From Octopus vulgaris (taxonomy: Eukaryota): DNA of 64,000 bases. Under the pieces are notes generated by a model. The model saw only the letters and a list, made by a program, of their open reading frames with translations, did not search any database and was not told where the DNA came from. Of this stretch, positions 43,379 to 55,260 are shown in pieces. Each line of letters starts with the position of its first letter. Positions within the stretch are counted from its first letter, which is position 1. The DNA lies in contig OX597819.1 in the NCBI GenBank assembly GCA_951406725.2, forward strand, positions 92,752,001-92,816,000. The letters run 5' to 3'. Position numbers and translations under genes: made by a program.

Positions 43379-43383
<5 letters not shown>
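42749..43383 (-). mobile_element. Penelope-pLTR / retrozyme-like element: 362-bp unit, partial tandem copy and inverted segment, inside (TA)n
   Basis: AAAATAATAGTTATCGCC... occurs at 42749 and 43111. Segment 43189-43383 is the reverse complement of the unit junction. Confidence 0.8.
42921..42962 (-). ncRNA. Minimal type I hammerhead ribozyme, U3:A8 core variant
   Basis: GCTGCA-TTGAAAA-GGGG(CAATA)CTCC-GAAA-C(GC)GTC-TGTAGC: 6-bp stem I, 4-bp stem II, palindromic ACGCGT stem III and a GUC site. Confidence 0.75.
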
Positions 43384-43444
<61 letters not shown>

Positions 43445-43477
43445 GTATATGTATGTGTGTATATATATATATATATG

Positions 43478-43523
<46 letters not shown>

Positions 43524-43650
43524 TGTATATATAATTGTGATTCAGTTGAATTAGGTACTTAAGTTGAAGCACCAAGTCAGCGCGCTATCATCCGTACAAC
43601 TCAAAGTAAGGCGAATAAAATCAAAATAAGCAACAGGAGATCAAGAGGTG

Positions 43651-43738
43651 ATGCAGTACGACCGTTTCAAGCGGCTCGATTTAATTGAACAATGCAATCA
43701 TTACATCAATTTAAATGCAAGGCTATCTTCAGCTGCAT
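43651..43738 (-). ncRNA. Type I hammerhead ribozyme with extended stem II
   Basis: ATGCAG-CTGAAGA-TAGCCTTGCATTTAAATTGA...TCAATTAAATCGAGCCGCTT-GAAA-CG(GT)CGTA-CTGCAT. A partial second copy lies at 44302-44350. Confidence 0.7.
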
Positions 43739-44423
43739 AAATAAATAGAACTTTTAATCAGTTGGACACATTAATATAATTTTATTCAAATTTTCTAATA
43801 GAGCAAGATGAGGGAAGACGTTCATGTTACTTCTAATGTAGCTCAAAATATACTACACTTCTAAGAACTGTATGAAGTTTGTTAGGGTCATAGCTCGTAA
43901 AGGATTGTGGTTCATTTTTAATTTATTAGTCTTTTTTATCAACTACCAAATCTAAGACTAGAGGACAATGTATGTTTAGAATGGACAGACGGAGTGATTT
44001 GACAGTTTATAGTTGGGTATGGTCATAAATATTGGCAGGATTTTAGGAAATGTGTAAGTAATTGTCTATAACGTGGGCTGGGTAGGGAAGACCCTATATC
44101 AAGATGTTAATTACCAGTTGAAGGGGCAAGACGCTAATAAAACCTATGATATTAATACAGAGGAATTTATCATGGGGTACAAAGGATGATTGTATATAAA
44201 CAATATTATGTTGTATGAAGATAAAATTTAAGATTACTAAAAATCATATTATAACCAGTATAGATAAACTGTGTATATATACCAATTTTCATCATATAAA
44301 TAGGTGATGCAGTGCAACCGTTTCAAGCGGCTCTATTTAATTGAACAATGTGAGAATGGCATGTGTGTGTGTGTGTGTTTACGTATGCATACACACACAC
44401 ACACGCGCGCACAAACACATATA

Positions 44424-44727
44424 CATTTTTATTTACATTATTTACAATTGGCGGATATTTGTCCTCATCTTGTTTGTTGTTAACACAAAGTTTCGGCTGA
44501 TACTCCCTCCAGCATTCATCAGGTGTCTTGGGGAAATTTCGAACCTGGGTTCTCATTCCTAAGGGATTTTTCGTTGTTATTTTTGTTGTTGTTATTATTA
44601 TTATTCAGGCCACTGCTTGGAATCGAACTCGGAATCTTGGGTTTAGTAGCCCGCACTCTTAACCACTACGCCATATGTAAATAATGTACATAATGTACAT
44701 AATTCCCTTTCTCTTCAATATAGAACT
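44424..44727 (-). mobile_element. tRNA-headed SINE-like element carrying a hammerhead motif (44483-44526)
   Basis: Head at 44605-44675 with A box TGGCGTAGTGG and B box GTTCGATTCC, then an (AAT)n spacer and ACAC-CTGATGA-ATGCTG...CAGCC-GAAA-CTTT-GTGT. An inverted 3' piece lies at 44676-44727. Confidence 0.7.
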
Positions 44728-45499
44728 ACATATACACTCATTCGCATATAGTTACTTATACAGTAATACTATTTTGAATTAATGATCGTCCAGCCTGATT
44801 CTTTTTTTTAATGTAAAAATAGAAATTTAGTAGTTCATTCCGCCAAATGAAAGCTAAGCAGTTTGTATATGGAAGCAAGAGCATGCTGTTTTCACTCTTA
44901 CATAGATACTCTTTTGACATTGGTTTATGATAATTGATAATACAGAGTGTGTCCTTGTAATAAACTGAACTCTTTGATAACTGTAAACATATGAGTGCTA
45001 CTTGGTTTTGTCTTGAAGTGGTGACTTGTCGCGGGCATAATATTTGCTTCTGAATGATGTATTATTAGATTTGAAGCAGCTTACAACAGATTATTTCATG
45101 ATGTTTTAAGAACAGACTTATAACAAACGAAAATACCCGGTTTTATAGGTTGTACGTTACTAGTCTAAAAGCTTTTGAAATGATTCACCCTTCCGATATG
45201 GGAGAAGAGAACAAAGTTCATAGATAGTCAAATTTTATTAAAACCAATAAAAAGGAAATTATAGCTTGAATATACAAAAAAATCCTTTTACGATTGTTAT
45301 GTTGCACGTTCGGATGACCTCTACCCAACACTACTCTGTCTTGACGTCTAGGCTTCTCCCTCTATATCTACGTATTGGGCTAGCGTACTTCATCGTCTGG
45401 GGGCGTCCACACAACAATGATTCAGTATCCAAATTTTCTGTGGGTCAATCGGTTATATATAAAGTTAGTGAATAATAAAGAAATATTTTAATCAAGCTA

Positions 45500-46900
45500 G
45501 AAGTTTACACATGTTGCAATCTACAGTGATACTAAAAATGGACTAGTCAGTCTTATTCCTTGCATCCTCACATGGATAACCGCTTATCACCATGGATAAC
45601 TGATCAAACACGTTTCAATATATCCCTTACACAAACTGTTATAAGAACTTTTTAGCAGTTTTAAATATTAACAAGAAAGCGGTTGTGAAGCAGCATATAT
45701 TGTTGGTTTTATAGATATATAAATAAAAACGCGGTTTGTTGGCGTACTATAAATTTGCATGGAGTGAATACTGATATTGAAACAGCAAATTTGTTCCCGA
45801 AGAAATAGTAATATTTTATTGAAGAAAATGGTTATACAGCCTCACAAACCATTAATGTAGACGAAAGGATCCTATATTGGAAAGAGATGCCAGCTTGAAG
45901 CTCCATAGTAAAAGATGAATAATCACTTGTAGGATTTGAAATTGCTAAAGATCGATGGCATTAATTGTTTGGAGGCATCAGTGAATGTAGCTGTCCCATG
46001 CTTATGCATCATGTCGAAAATTCAAGGACATTTTAAGGCCTCGTAAACGTTACAGTGCCAGCCATATGGAAAAGCAAATAAACGGGAGCCATTTACTGCT
46101 ACACTGTTTGAAGACTGAGTTTTGTATCACTTTATACTCAAAGTAAAAAATAAAAATATTGTGGCTACAAAAATTTTGCATTTGATATGCTACTGATCAT
46201 AGATAATGCACTTGTCATCCACAATCTCTATAGCATCGCCATCCAAATATTAGATTAATGTTACAACGGCACATTTGCAACCAATGGACCAAGGCGTTAT
46301 TGCATCTTTTATTATCTTCGGCACATCAACTTAATACAAGCTATTGTTAAGGAAAAGAGCTTAACGTTAAAAGAATTTTGGAAATCACTCAATGTTCCGA
46401 GTGCAGTAAAGATAATAAAAAGAGCATAGAACAAAATTACAGAGAAAATATGAAAGATATTTGGAAAAAAACTGTGCCCTCAATTTTAAGGGAACTATAG
46501 AAGCGTAGAGATTATTCCAAACGAAAAAGAAGCGATCGATGATATTACTAATCAATCGGCCCTTGATGTTTCTACGAATGACATAAATGATTTGCTTCTG
46601 TTACACGAACAAGGAGTTGTAAACAAAGACCTCATTGAAATGGAAGAACATTAGAAAGAAACCGAAGAAGATCTAACAATGGAAAATCCTGTTTATTTCT
46701 TCAGTCTTAAAGGGGTCAACAAAGCCTTTTCACACATTCAAAAAGCAATTTAGATTTGCTAGTCCTACGAGTCTAATTTCGAACGAAGTAGAAGAGCTGA
46801 TGCCAATCTAATTATATTCCACATCAAGTTGTCGCGAAATATATGCAACAAGGAAAAACTTGCATGAAGGCAAATAATCATTGAAGTGTTTAGAAAAAAG
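45500..46900 (+). pseudogene. pogo/Tigger-family transposase remnant
   Basis: IEENGYTASQTINVDERILYWKEMP, GFEIAKDR, VPAIWKS, MLLIIDNA and TTAHLQPMDQGVIASF match Tigger DDE motifs. Many stops and frameshifts. Confidence 0.85.
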
Positions 46901-47640
46901 AAAAGACTTTCCTCTTCAATTGAATCAAATTCCAGCATAAAAAACATTTTGAGTAATAAACCAAAACAGCAAGGCAGCATCCAAATGATGAACACAGGAA
47001 ATATATAACTAATATAATTTTATTGATTATTATTTGTAAACGTTTTATTTAAGACGCTTGGTGTCCTAAATTATTGGTTAGATCTACCTAAAAACTTTTA
47101 TTACTCTGTATTTAGCACTTTTAAAGATTTATAACTACGTCTTCGAGAATGTAAAACTCGTTTGCCACATTATATATGTATGAATTAGAATTATCGAAAT
47201 AATCTCCTTTAGCAATCTCACTTTATATATATAATATTATTATTCCTTCTTACGAAATATATAGAACTGCTTAAGAAGTGCTCGGGTCAAACCCGAGACA
47301 AAAGACATACTCATACAGTTATAAATTCGACTTAAAATGCGCATATATATATATATATAATACATATCATGAAATATGAATAATTTTTTAAATACAAATA
47401 TTTATAAATATACATAAAAATACATGTGAATAGAATTCACGTGAGGTATATTTGGAAAAAAGTGTGAGAAAACCAGAACTGGTAAACAATTTTTTCGTAC
47501 TAAAATTAAGAGCGGGTAAGAGATCCAATTAAAAAGATACATAAAATTCAATCAGTTTTTTTTTTTTTAATATATAAAGGATATATAATACAATTTGAGG
47601 AAGTCCACTTTCTACGGCCGTTTCCAGAGTTCATATCAGA

Positions 47641-47780
47641 AGCTGCTGACCTTCCCTGTTCGAAGGTTATAAAAGACACAGGTTTGTGTGTCATAGCTAG
47701 AGGCATTCGCCTCTTGGAGCTAACCAACGGCAGCACTCGTCCTATTTATCTGGACTGCCATGTTAGCTTGGCGATAACTA
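47641..47780 (+). mobile_element. Diverged relative of the 42749-43383 element
   Basis: GTTCGAAGGTTATA...GGAGCTAA...TGCCAT(G/A)TTAG..TGGCGATAACTA aligns with 43189-43318. Confidence 0.65.
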
Positions 47781-47789
47781 TATATATAT

Positions 47790-47998
47790 ATATTTCAAAA
47801 TATGACCTCGTGTGTACCGTTGGCGATTTATTTCCTCTGTCTTCCCTTCTCTGGATCTTTCTTCTCCTATGTTTCCGACGAAGAGCTCCCCTCGAAACGT
47901 TAAGCCCTCCTTCTTTCCTTCTTTCATGAGCATCCAATAATACTATATTTGTTCCACATCCTTGCGTTGTTGTGTTTTTTGTGCTTTCTTGTTTGGAT

Positions 47999-48003
<5 letters not shown>
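47790..48003 (+). mobile_element. TA-embedded repeat, family A', with hammerhead-like motif (47871-47905)
   Basis: GTTT-CCGACGA-A-GAGCTCCCCTC-GAAA-CGTT-AAGC; ends GTTTGGATTAAC followed by (TA)n. Confidence 0.7.
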
Positions 48004-48064
<61 letters not shown>

Positions 48065-48116
48065 TACATACATACATACATACATACATTCATTCATACA
48101 CGTACATGTATGACAA

Positions 48117-48665
48117 AGGCGCGTGACCTAGTCGCTAGGGCTGTTGCACTCATGATCGCCAGATCGTGCTTTCGATTCTCGGACCGAACGGTGCGTTGTG
48201 TTCTTGGGAGCAATACACCTCATTTCACGTTAGTCCAGTCCACTCAATTGTAAATTGGCAACACTGCAATGGATTAGCCTTCCGTTCGGTGGAAATGTTC
48301 ATCTGCTGGCTTAGCCAGCAGAGGTGCATTATTCGGAAACTAAAACGAACCGAAGGGCATTGTCAAAAACGATGTATAACAAAATCCAATAATCTGGTCG
48401 ATCCCCTAATCGCATATATATATCTGTATGTGCGTGTGTCTTTGCGTTTTGTCCCTCACCACCACTTGATAACTGCTGTTAGTTTGTTTACGTTCCCGTA
48501 ACTGAGTAGTTCGTCAAAACGTGAACTGATAGAAGTATATAGCAAAACATAAACAAGTATATGACAAAAAATAAAAACAGGGGACGGTTTGTTCGACTAA
48601 AACCCTTTAAGGTTCTCCCCCAGAATGGCCGCAACTTGATGACTGGAACAAGTAAAAGATAAAAG
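48117..48665 (+). mobile_element. SINE family 3 variant (48117-~48410) followed by a SINE family 1 3' half
   Basis: Head GGCGCGTGACCTAGT...TTCGATTCTCGGACCG plus CORE-like segment, then family 1 body and tail. Confidence 0.65.
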
Positions 48666-49555
48666 TCATATATACACATACGGCAAACATAGATACACAT
48701 ACGGGTATGCTTCTATTCAGGCAGTTGGCAATGCTGCACGCAAGCACTTTTAACGTATTTCAGCATTCTCTTTAGATGGTATAATTAATTAAGCAATATC
48801 ATATATATTCAAAACGTGATATTAAACAAAAGAGTAATAACACAAAAACACTCGCACACGCGTGTACACCTCCTCTTCACATAATCATACACACGCACGC
48901 ACACGCAAAATATTACCGGATCGCAACAAAGAAAATTCAATAACTCAACACATCATTATTTTAATGATTATTTCTCCTATATGGAAAAATGATAGGCAGT
49001 TAAAAAGAATTTAGTATATTCCAATAAACTGAATTTTGAAAGGCGATTATCAGAATTCGTCGTGATCATAAAAGAGACAAGATTTATATTCGTTCAGTAA
49101 TTATGTTTTGTGAATTCAGGTTATAATAAATTACTCTACGGTATACATATTCTTTTAGATGTTTAATTGAAGAAAGGAAATATTTCTAAAACAGAGGAGG
49201 GTTACGGAGTACATGTATAATTTAAAATAATTATGCAAGCGACAAAACTGATATCGAATTTATCAGGAAATTAGTCCAAATAATTTTAAAATTTTAATTT
49301 ACTGTCATGCCTAATGCTTTTTTCTATATCATTTTCTATATCATTTATAACAAGGATTGGAAGAGTAATTATTTTTATTCATTAGCTAATATATGTAGAT
49401 ATTTATAGAATTAATTGCTTAGCTAATTCAAATACATAAAGTACATTTTCAGTGCGCTCTCGCCTGATATTTAAATATAGTCATAAATGCGTCACTAATC
49501 TAGTATTCATAAACGTAAAAATATATTTGTATCACCACTTGCTACATTACGTGCT

Positions 49556-50320
49556 TAGCCGAGGTTTACTTTGCTTTTCATCGTTTCGGGGTCGATAAAT
49601 TAAGTACCACTTGCATACTGGCGTTGATCTAATCGAGTGGCCCCCTCCGCAAAAATTTCGGGCCTTGTGCCTAGAGTAGAAAAGAATATGCTTAAGATCC
49701 AAAGATGGCGAGCTGGCAGAAACGTTAGCACGCCGGGCAAAATGCTTAGCGGTATTTCGTCTGCCGTTACGTTCTGGGTTCAAATTCCGCCGAGGTCGAC
49801 TTTGCGTTTCATCTATTCGGGGTCGATTAAATAAGTACCAGTTACGCACTGGGGTCGATATAATCGACTTAATCCGTTTGTCTGTCCTTGTTTGTCCTCT
49901 CTGTGTTTAGCCCCTTGTGGGTAGTAAAGAAATAGGTATTTCGTCTGCCGTTACGCTCTAAGTTCAAATTCTGCCGAGGTCGACTTTGCCTTTCCTCCTT
50001 TCGGGGTCGATAAATTAAGTACCAGATACGCACTGGGCTCGATGTAATCGACTTAATACCTTTGTCTGTCCTTGTTTTTTTCCCTCTCTGTTTATCCCCT
50101 TGTGAGCAATAAAGAAATAAGAAGCGTTAGCACACCGAGCAAAATGCTTAGCGGTATTTCGTGTCTTTACATTCTGAGTTCAAATTTCGCCGAGGTCGAC
50201 TTTGCCTTTCATCCTTTCGGGGTTGATAAATTAAGTACCAGTTGCGTACTGGGGTGGATCTAATCGACTGGTCCCTTCCCCAAAAATTTCGGGCCTTGTG
50301 CCTAGAGTAGATAAGAGTAT
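49556..50320 (+). mobile_element. Cluster of four head-to-tail SINE family 2 units
   Basis: The GCCGAGGTCGACTTTGC..TTTCATC..TTCGGGGT.GAT motif recurs at about 49558, 49789, 49973 and 50189. Confidence 0.85.
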
Positions 50321-51010
50321 ATTTACGATCCAAATTACACATAAAAAGAAGTGATGTTTTTCAAATTCAATCACTATATCTAACTTAGTCAACCTTCGAT
50401 CTATATTCTATTCATATGCGCGATACCACTTTTAATTGATAAAAAAACGGTCTTCATCATTCAGATAAACATCATGTGATTTATGCAATGCCCTGAAATT
50501 TCGGTCAGCCATACTAGACACTCCTAATACATTTTATCTTTTTCGCTTGAAATCCAGTACGCTGATATATTTTGTTTACTCAATCTTAACAATGACATGG
50601 AAGTACAGCAGCAATTTTCTTAGCGATATCTTCATCAGATATAAACAAATTTGATTTATTTTTATTGCAGCTCCCACAGCTTTACGATGCAATTCCTCTC
50701 CTTCGCCGTGTAAACATACGATTCAAAATTTTTTATGTTCTCATCTTAAATAAGTTTATTTCACTTCAATTCGGCAACGTATCGGTTTGAGGAAGCATTT
50801 AAGGTCCCGCATATTACTAATATAGTAGATTCCAAGGTAAGTTATTTTGTAAAACTGCTGAAATATTCAGAAAATATTTCGTTAGATTCTCTTACAGTCT
50901 CTTATCCTTTCCGTTTCTTTGGACTGTAGACATAAATAAACGTGACATGTATTGCAGTTATGTGAATCAGGCTATTTCTACACACATCTCACACATACTT
51001 ACATACATAC

Positions 51011-51061
<51 letters not shown>

Positions 51062-51149
51062 ACCACACCATACCACACCGCTCATACACACATATATATA
51101 TGTATGCATGTGTGAATATACAAGTGTTTGTGTACACGTTACTATAACC

Positions 51150-51735
51150 ATTTAGAGAGCGCAATCAGAACATTTATAAAGTCACTACATTCGAGTACAT
51201 ACGACGCACTAAAGAGAGCAGGACAAATTAGCATAGAGACTACAAACAGGAAGCACTGCTTGAGATGTTCCCACCACGTGGCTCTCATGAGGGAAACAGA
51301 TTCCCAAAGGTATTCCTATTTTGGGGACCGAACAATGGCAGACACTCTTGGGGATGCCCCCTGAGACGATAAAAGGACCAATTGAAAGAAACTCTGTAAT
51401 ATACTAGTATAGACGAAAATTCCTAGGAAATAACAGTCAGACAACGTACATTTTGGTGTAATTTGAACGGGGCAGGAATATCCCGTTTTGAGGAAAACAG
51501 AAGAATGTCGGAATTAATGAAGAATATCGGAATGAAACAACGACGCACAAAATACAGAGCAATCCAACTTCAATCAGCAACAACAATAATCCGGTGCGAT
51601 ACTTGCAATTGACTGTTAAGAGCAAGAATCGAGCCATCAGAAAGTTCATCATCCCGTGCAAAACATATGACCCCATGCCTCCAGACTGAAACCTACCAAG
51701 TGCTCAGAAACGCGTCCTTACCGAGACGACGGCAA

Positions 51736-51740
<5 letters not shown>
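51150..51740 (+). mobile_element. RTE (BovB-like) LINE 3' fragment, degenerate
   Basis: LKRAGQISIE...LRCSHHVALM...KDQLKETL and TIIRCDTCN (C-terminal Cys motif); ends CGAGACGACGGCAATGA followed by (TA)n. Confidence 0.65.
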
Positions 51741-51805
<65 letters not shown>

Positions 51806-52447
51806 ATGTATGTATGTATGTATATGTATATACTTTTGTCTGCTATACATATCAGTTTTAATCCATCTGTTAACTATCAATTATATATAGTCTTATGCCC
51901 ATTTTTATATAACATCTGTGGCATGGGGAAAGTTGTATATTCCATACAGCAATTTCATAATATCAATTTCCTTGAGTAATTACTTTATAGGGTAGATAAA
52001 CTTATTGCACTACTACCATCGTGTGATCGGGATGGAAGGAGATGCATAACGAACTTAGACATTAAATCAACAGTAGATACTTCACGTTCATTTCAAATAT
52101 ATCTGGAGTCCATGAACCCGTCTGAAGCCATGTCTCTGTAAGTTACGCTGGGAGATATTTACATTTCATAGCTGGAAGTTAATGGAAAATTATGTACTTG
52201 CATTAGGGAACTAAGTTGTCAGGAATTCAGTATGCCTGGCACAGGTATAACGCAGCGACAGTTATGTAGTTTGTAGTCATATGTGTGCTTGCGTGCGTGT
52301 GTGTGTGTGTGTGTCTTTGTATGTGTGTGTGTCTTTGTATGTGTGTGTATGTGTGTGTGTGTATTTATGTGTATGTGTGTGTTGATATGGGTCTGAATAC
52401 ATACACACATACATAGACATAATTATATATGCATATATATTTATATT

Positions 52448-52858
52448 CTCTTTTACTCTTTTACTTGTTTCAGTTATTTGACTGCAGCCATGCTGGAGCA
52501 CTGCCTTTAGTCGAGCAAATCTACCCCAGGACTTATTGTTTGTAAGCCTAGTACTTATTCTATCGGTCACTTTCGCCGAACCGCTAAGTTACGGGAACGT
52601 AAACACACCACCATCGGTTGTCAAGCAATGTTGCGGGGACAAACACAGACACACAAACATATACACACACGAACATATATATATATACATATATACGACT
52701 GGCTTCCTTCAGTTTCCGCCTACCAAATCTACTCACAAGGGTTTGGTCGGCCCGAAGCTATAGAAGAAAACACTTGCCCAAGGTGCCACGCAGTGGGACT
52801 GAACCCGGAACCATGTGATTGGTAAGCAAGCTACTTACCACAGAGCCACTCCTTCGCC
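52448..52858 (-). mobile_element. SINE family 1 (full length)
   Basis: Reverse complement of the family 1 sequence. Confidence 0.85.
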
Positions 52859-52891
52859 TATATATATATATATTATGTATGTATGTATGTG

Positions 52892-52948
<57 letters not shown>

Positions 52949-52954
<6 letters not shown>

Positions 52955-53332
52955 GGGGCAAAAGAAAAATTCTAATGCCAAATATGCCATAAATAGACAA
53001 AATTCTCAATAACCATTATAATTTATGCGTCTTGAAACAAGCCGAAATAAATTTCTAAAAAATTCCGTTATTACCGTATTGGTCCCAATTTCTGAATTTT
53101 CTCCTCGTCAGCGATAAATACGCAAGACATAGATGAAATACTTCCTCATACTCATGGAAAAAGCAAGCACTAAGTCCTGAGCAGACCTAAGTACCCCAAA
53201 TATATCCAAAATAGAAAATCCTCAGCACATCTCGAGACACGTGTGATTCGAACTAGAAACTTTCACAGAGTGAGAGAGTCCGGAAGTGAACACTATTATT
53301 TGGGATTAGAATTTTTCTTTTGCCCTTATTTT
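52949..53332 (-). mobile_element. Short element with 36-bp inverted ends enclosing a hammerhead motif
   Basis: Arms at 52949-52984 and 53297-53332 (2 mismatches); left arm abuts (TA)n. Confidence 0.7.
53071..53117 (-). ncRNA. Type I hammerhead ribozyme motif (stem II closing pair mutated)
   Basis: TTATCG-CTGACGA-GGAG(AAAA)TTCA-GAAA-TTG(GGAC)CAATA-CGGTAA: 6-bp stem I, 4-bp stem III and an AUA site. Confidence 0.7.
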
Positions 53333-53427
53333 ATAAGTTATTTATAAATTTAACCTTTAAAGGTATTTTTTAATATGCTGGCCAGTGATAATTGTTTTTT
53401 CGAAAAGAAATGTTATCGTACATTAGT

Positions 53428-53491
<64 letters not shown>

Positions 53492-53493
<2 letters not shown>

Positions 53494-54030
53494 GGGTTTA
53501 CCACAAACAATTGTCTACACACTCCAGCAAAAGAAAAACGTGTAGAAATTTTTAGCACCAAATTTTTTCAGCTATCACGGGATTAATATATTGTATTTAA
53601 CCTTTATAATTACAAGCGGTGCTCAAAGTTGTGGCCATTAACTTCCGGGTACTTATTAGAACAGCAAACACCTACTTGAGTAACCTTGGCCGAATTATCC
53701 AGTAGGATTGTGCACATGCTGCTACAAATTCTTCACGAACGGGAGTCAGTAGAACCAGTTTTCTGCGATACACAAATAAGGATCTGCAAGTGTTAAATCA
53801 GAAGTGTTCGAGGAACGCAACTGCACCTCTTCGTCCTACCTAGTGTCCTTGCAAATTCTCACCAGGTAAGCCCATAAGTCACGGCTATTGTGTGGTAGTA
53901 CAACGTATTGTTGAAAGAAACAGTGCATATATGACAGGTAACATGTCTAGGTGCGTTTGGCCAGTTAGCAGTATCATCTAAGAATATTGGACCTATTAAA
54001 ATACTTGATGACAAACCACACCTGACTTTG
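53492..54030 (-). mobile_element. Tc1/mariner superfamily (rosa/maT-like) transposase remnant with TIR
   Basis: CGLSSSILIGPIFLDDT, VGRRGAV, TSDLTLAD (decayed SPDLTPLD) and GHNFEHRL*. TIR-like TAGGGTTTACCACAAAC next to TA. Confidence 0.6.
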
Positions 54031-54225
54031 ATCCTACTCTTGTAAATTGAATGGCTTAAAAAGAGCCAATTACATTGAAAAAATGCATTCAAAAGGCTAA
54101 AAAAAAAAAGAATTGGCGTGGATTCATTCGACTAAACAAAGTCTTCAATGTGGTGCCCCAGCATGGCCGCAGTCTAATGACTGAAACAAGTGAAAGATAA
54201 AAGATAATACACACACATATACGCA

Positions 54226-54400
54226 CATCGCTAGCCACTACACATTCTTTACTTTCCTTGTTTCTTTCTGTTTTCCTTTCTGTGGAAGAGCGTAGGCTCG
54301 AAACATTAAAGACTTTTTCACTTCCCGAGCGTTATACTAATACATCTGTTTGTTATCTACACCACCTGTCTTCGTCTTTTGTTTTTCTGTGAATTCTCCC
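54226..54400 (+). mobile_element. TA-embedded repeat, family A, with hammerhead-like motif (54276-54311)
   Basis: CTTT-CTGTGGA-A-GAGCGTAGGCTC-GAAA-CATT-AAAG. Confidence 0.7.
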
Positions 54401-55221
54401 TATATATATATATGTGTGTATGTGTGTGTGTGTGTATACAAGAAGAGCCTAAGATCGAGGTAGTTGGAGTCAGTAATAGCCTTAGCCATGACAGCCTCTT
54501 TTGTTTTATTCCTTATAGTTGGTCCTCCGGAACAGGATTTGCCCCGTGTCTTCGTAACGATACTTTTTGGAAGGGCCTTTGAGAAAAGCAATAAGGGTCA
54601 TTCTAGGATGACGCATATTGAAAGCATCAGTTACCATCCCTCGCATAAAGTGAGAGGTACCAATTCAATTCTTCTTTCATATTCGATCTGCAGGATAAAC
54701 AAATGACAATATTAATATCTTCCATATATCCAGACTTCATATCTTCATCATATATAGGTGAGTATAACATATACGTACATACAGACACAGTGAGCCTGTA
54801 TATGTATGCGTGTATACGAATGAGAGGAAAGAGCGATATAAGGAGGTGAAAATTAGTGAGTGTGTCTTTAATCAGAGTGATGAAAAATACAAAGGTATAA
54901 ATCAAAACAGCACAATTAGAACAGGAAATAGAATGGAACACAAAACGGTTTTGTGGAAGTAAAGCAGTTTGGCAGTGTCTTGCCATAATTCAGTTTCACT
55001 TTTTTTTTCTTTTTCAGTAAGAAAACTAATTACATATCTTTTGTTGGACTGCAAATTGATATTCTCAATCAATTAATCACTCAACAAAAAAAAAAAAAAA
55101 CATATAAAAAAATGTATATATTATCGTCTCCCGACCACCACCACCACAACCACCACCACCATCACCACCCCGGGAATTGATTCGGGGAAGGGCAAATAAT
55201 AAGGTTTGGAATTTATTGAAT

Positions 55222-55260
<39 letters not shown>

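Noticed and set aside
44605-44675. tRNA gene (also the heads near 18110-18181, 29360-29432 and 55780-55853)
   Set aside because: A and B boxes are present, but the cloverleaf is incomplete and each runs into a repeat body, so these are SINE heads.
50605-50645. Minus-strand CTGATGA...GAAA
   Set aside because: The intervening sequence does not form stem II and there is no closing stem.
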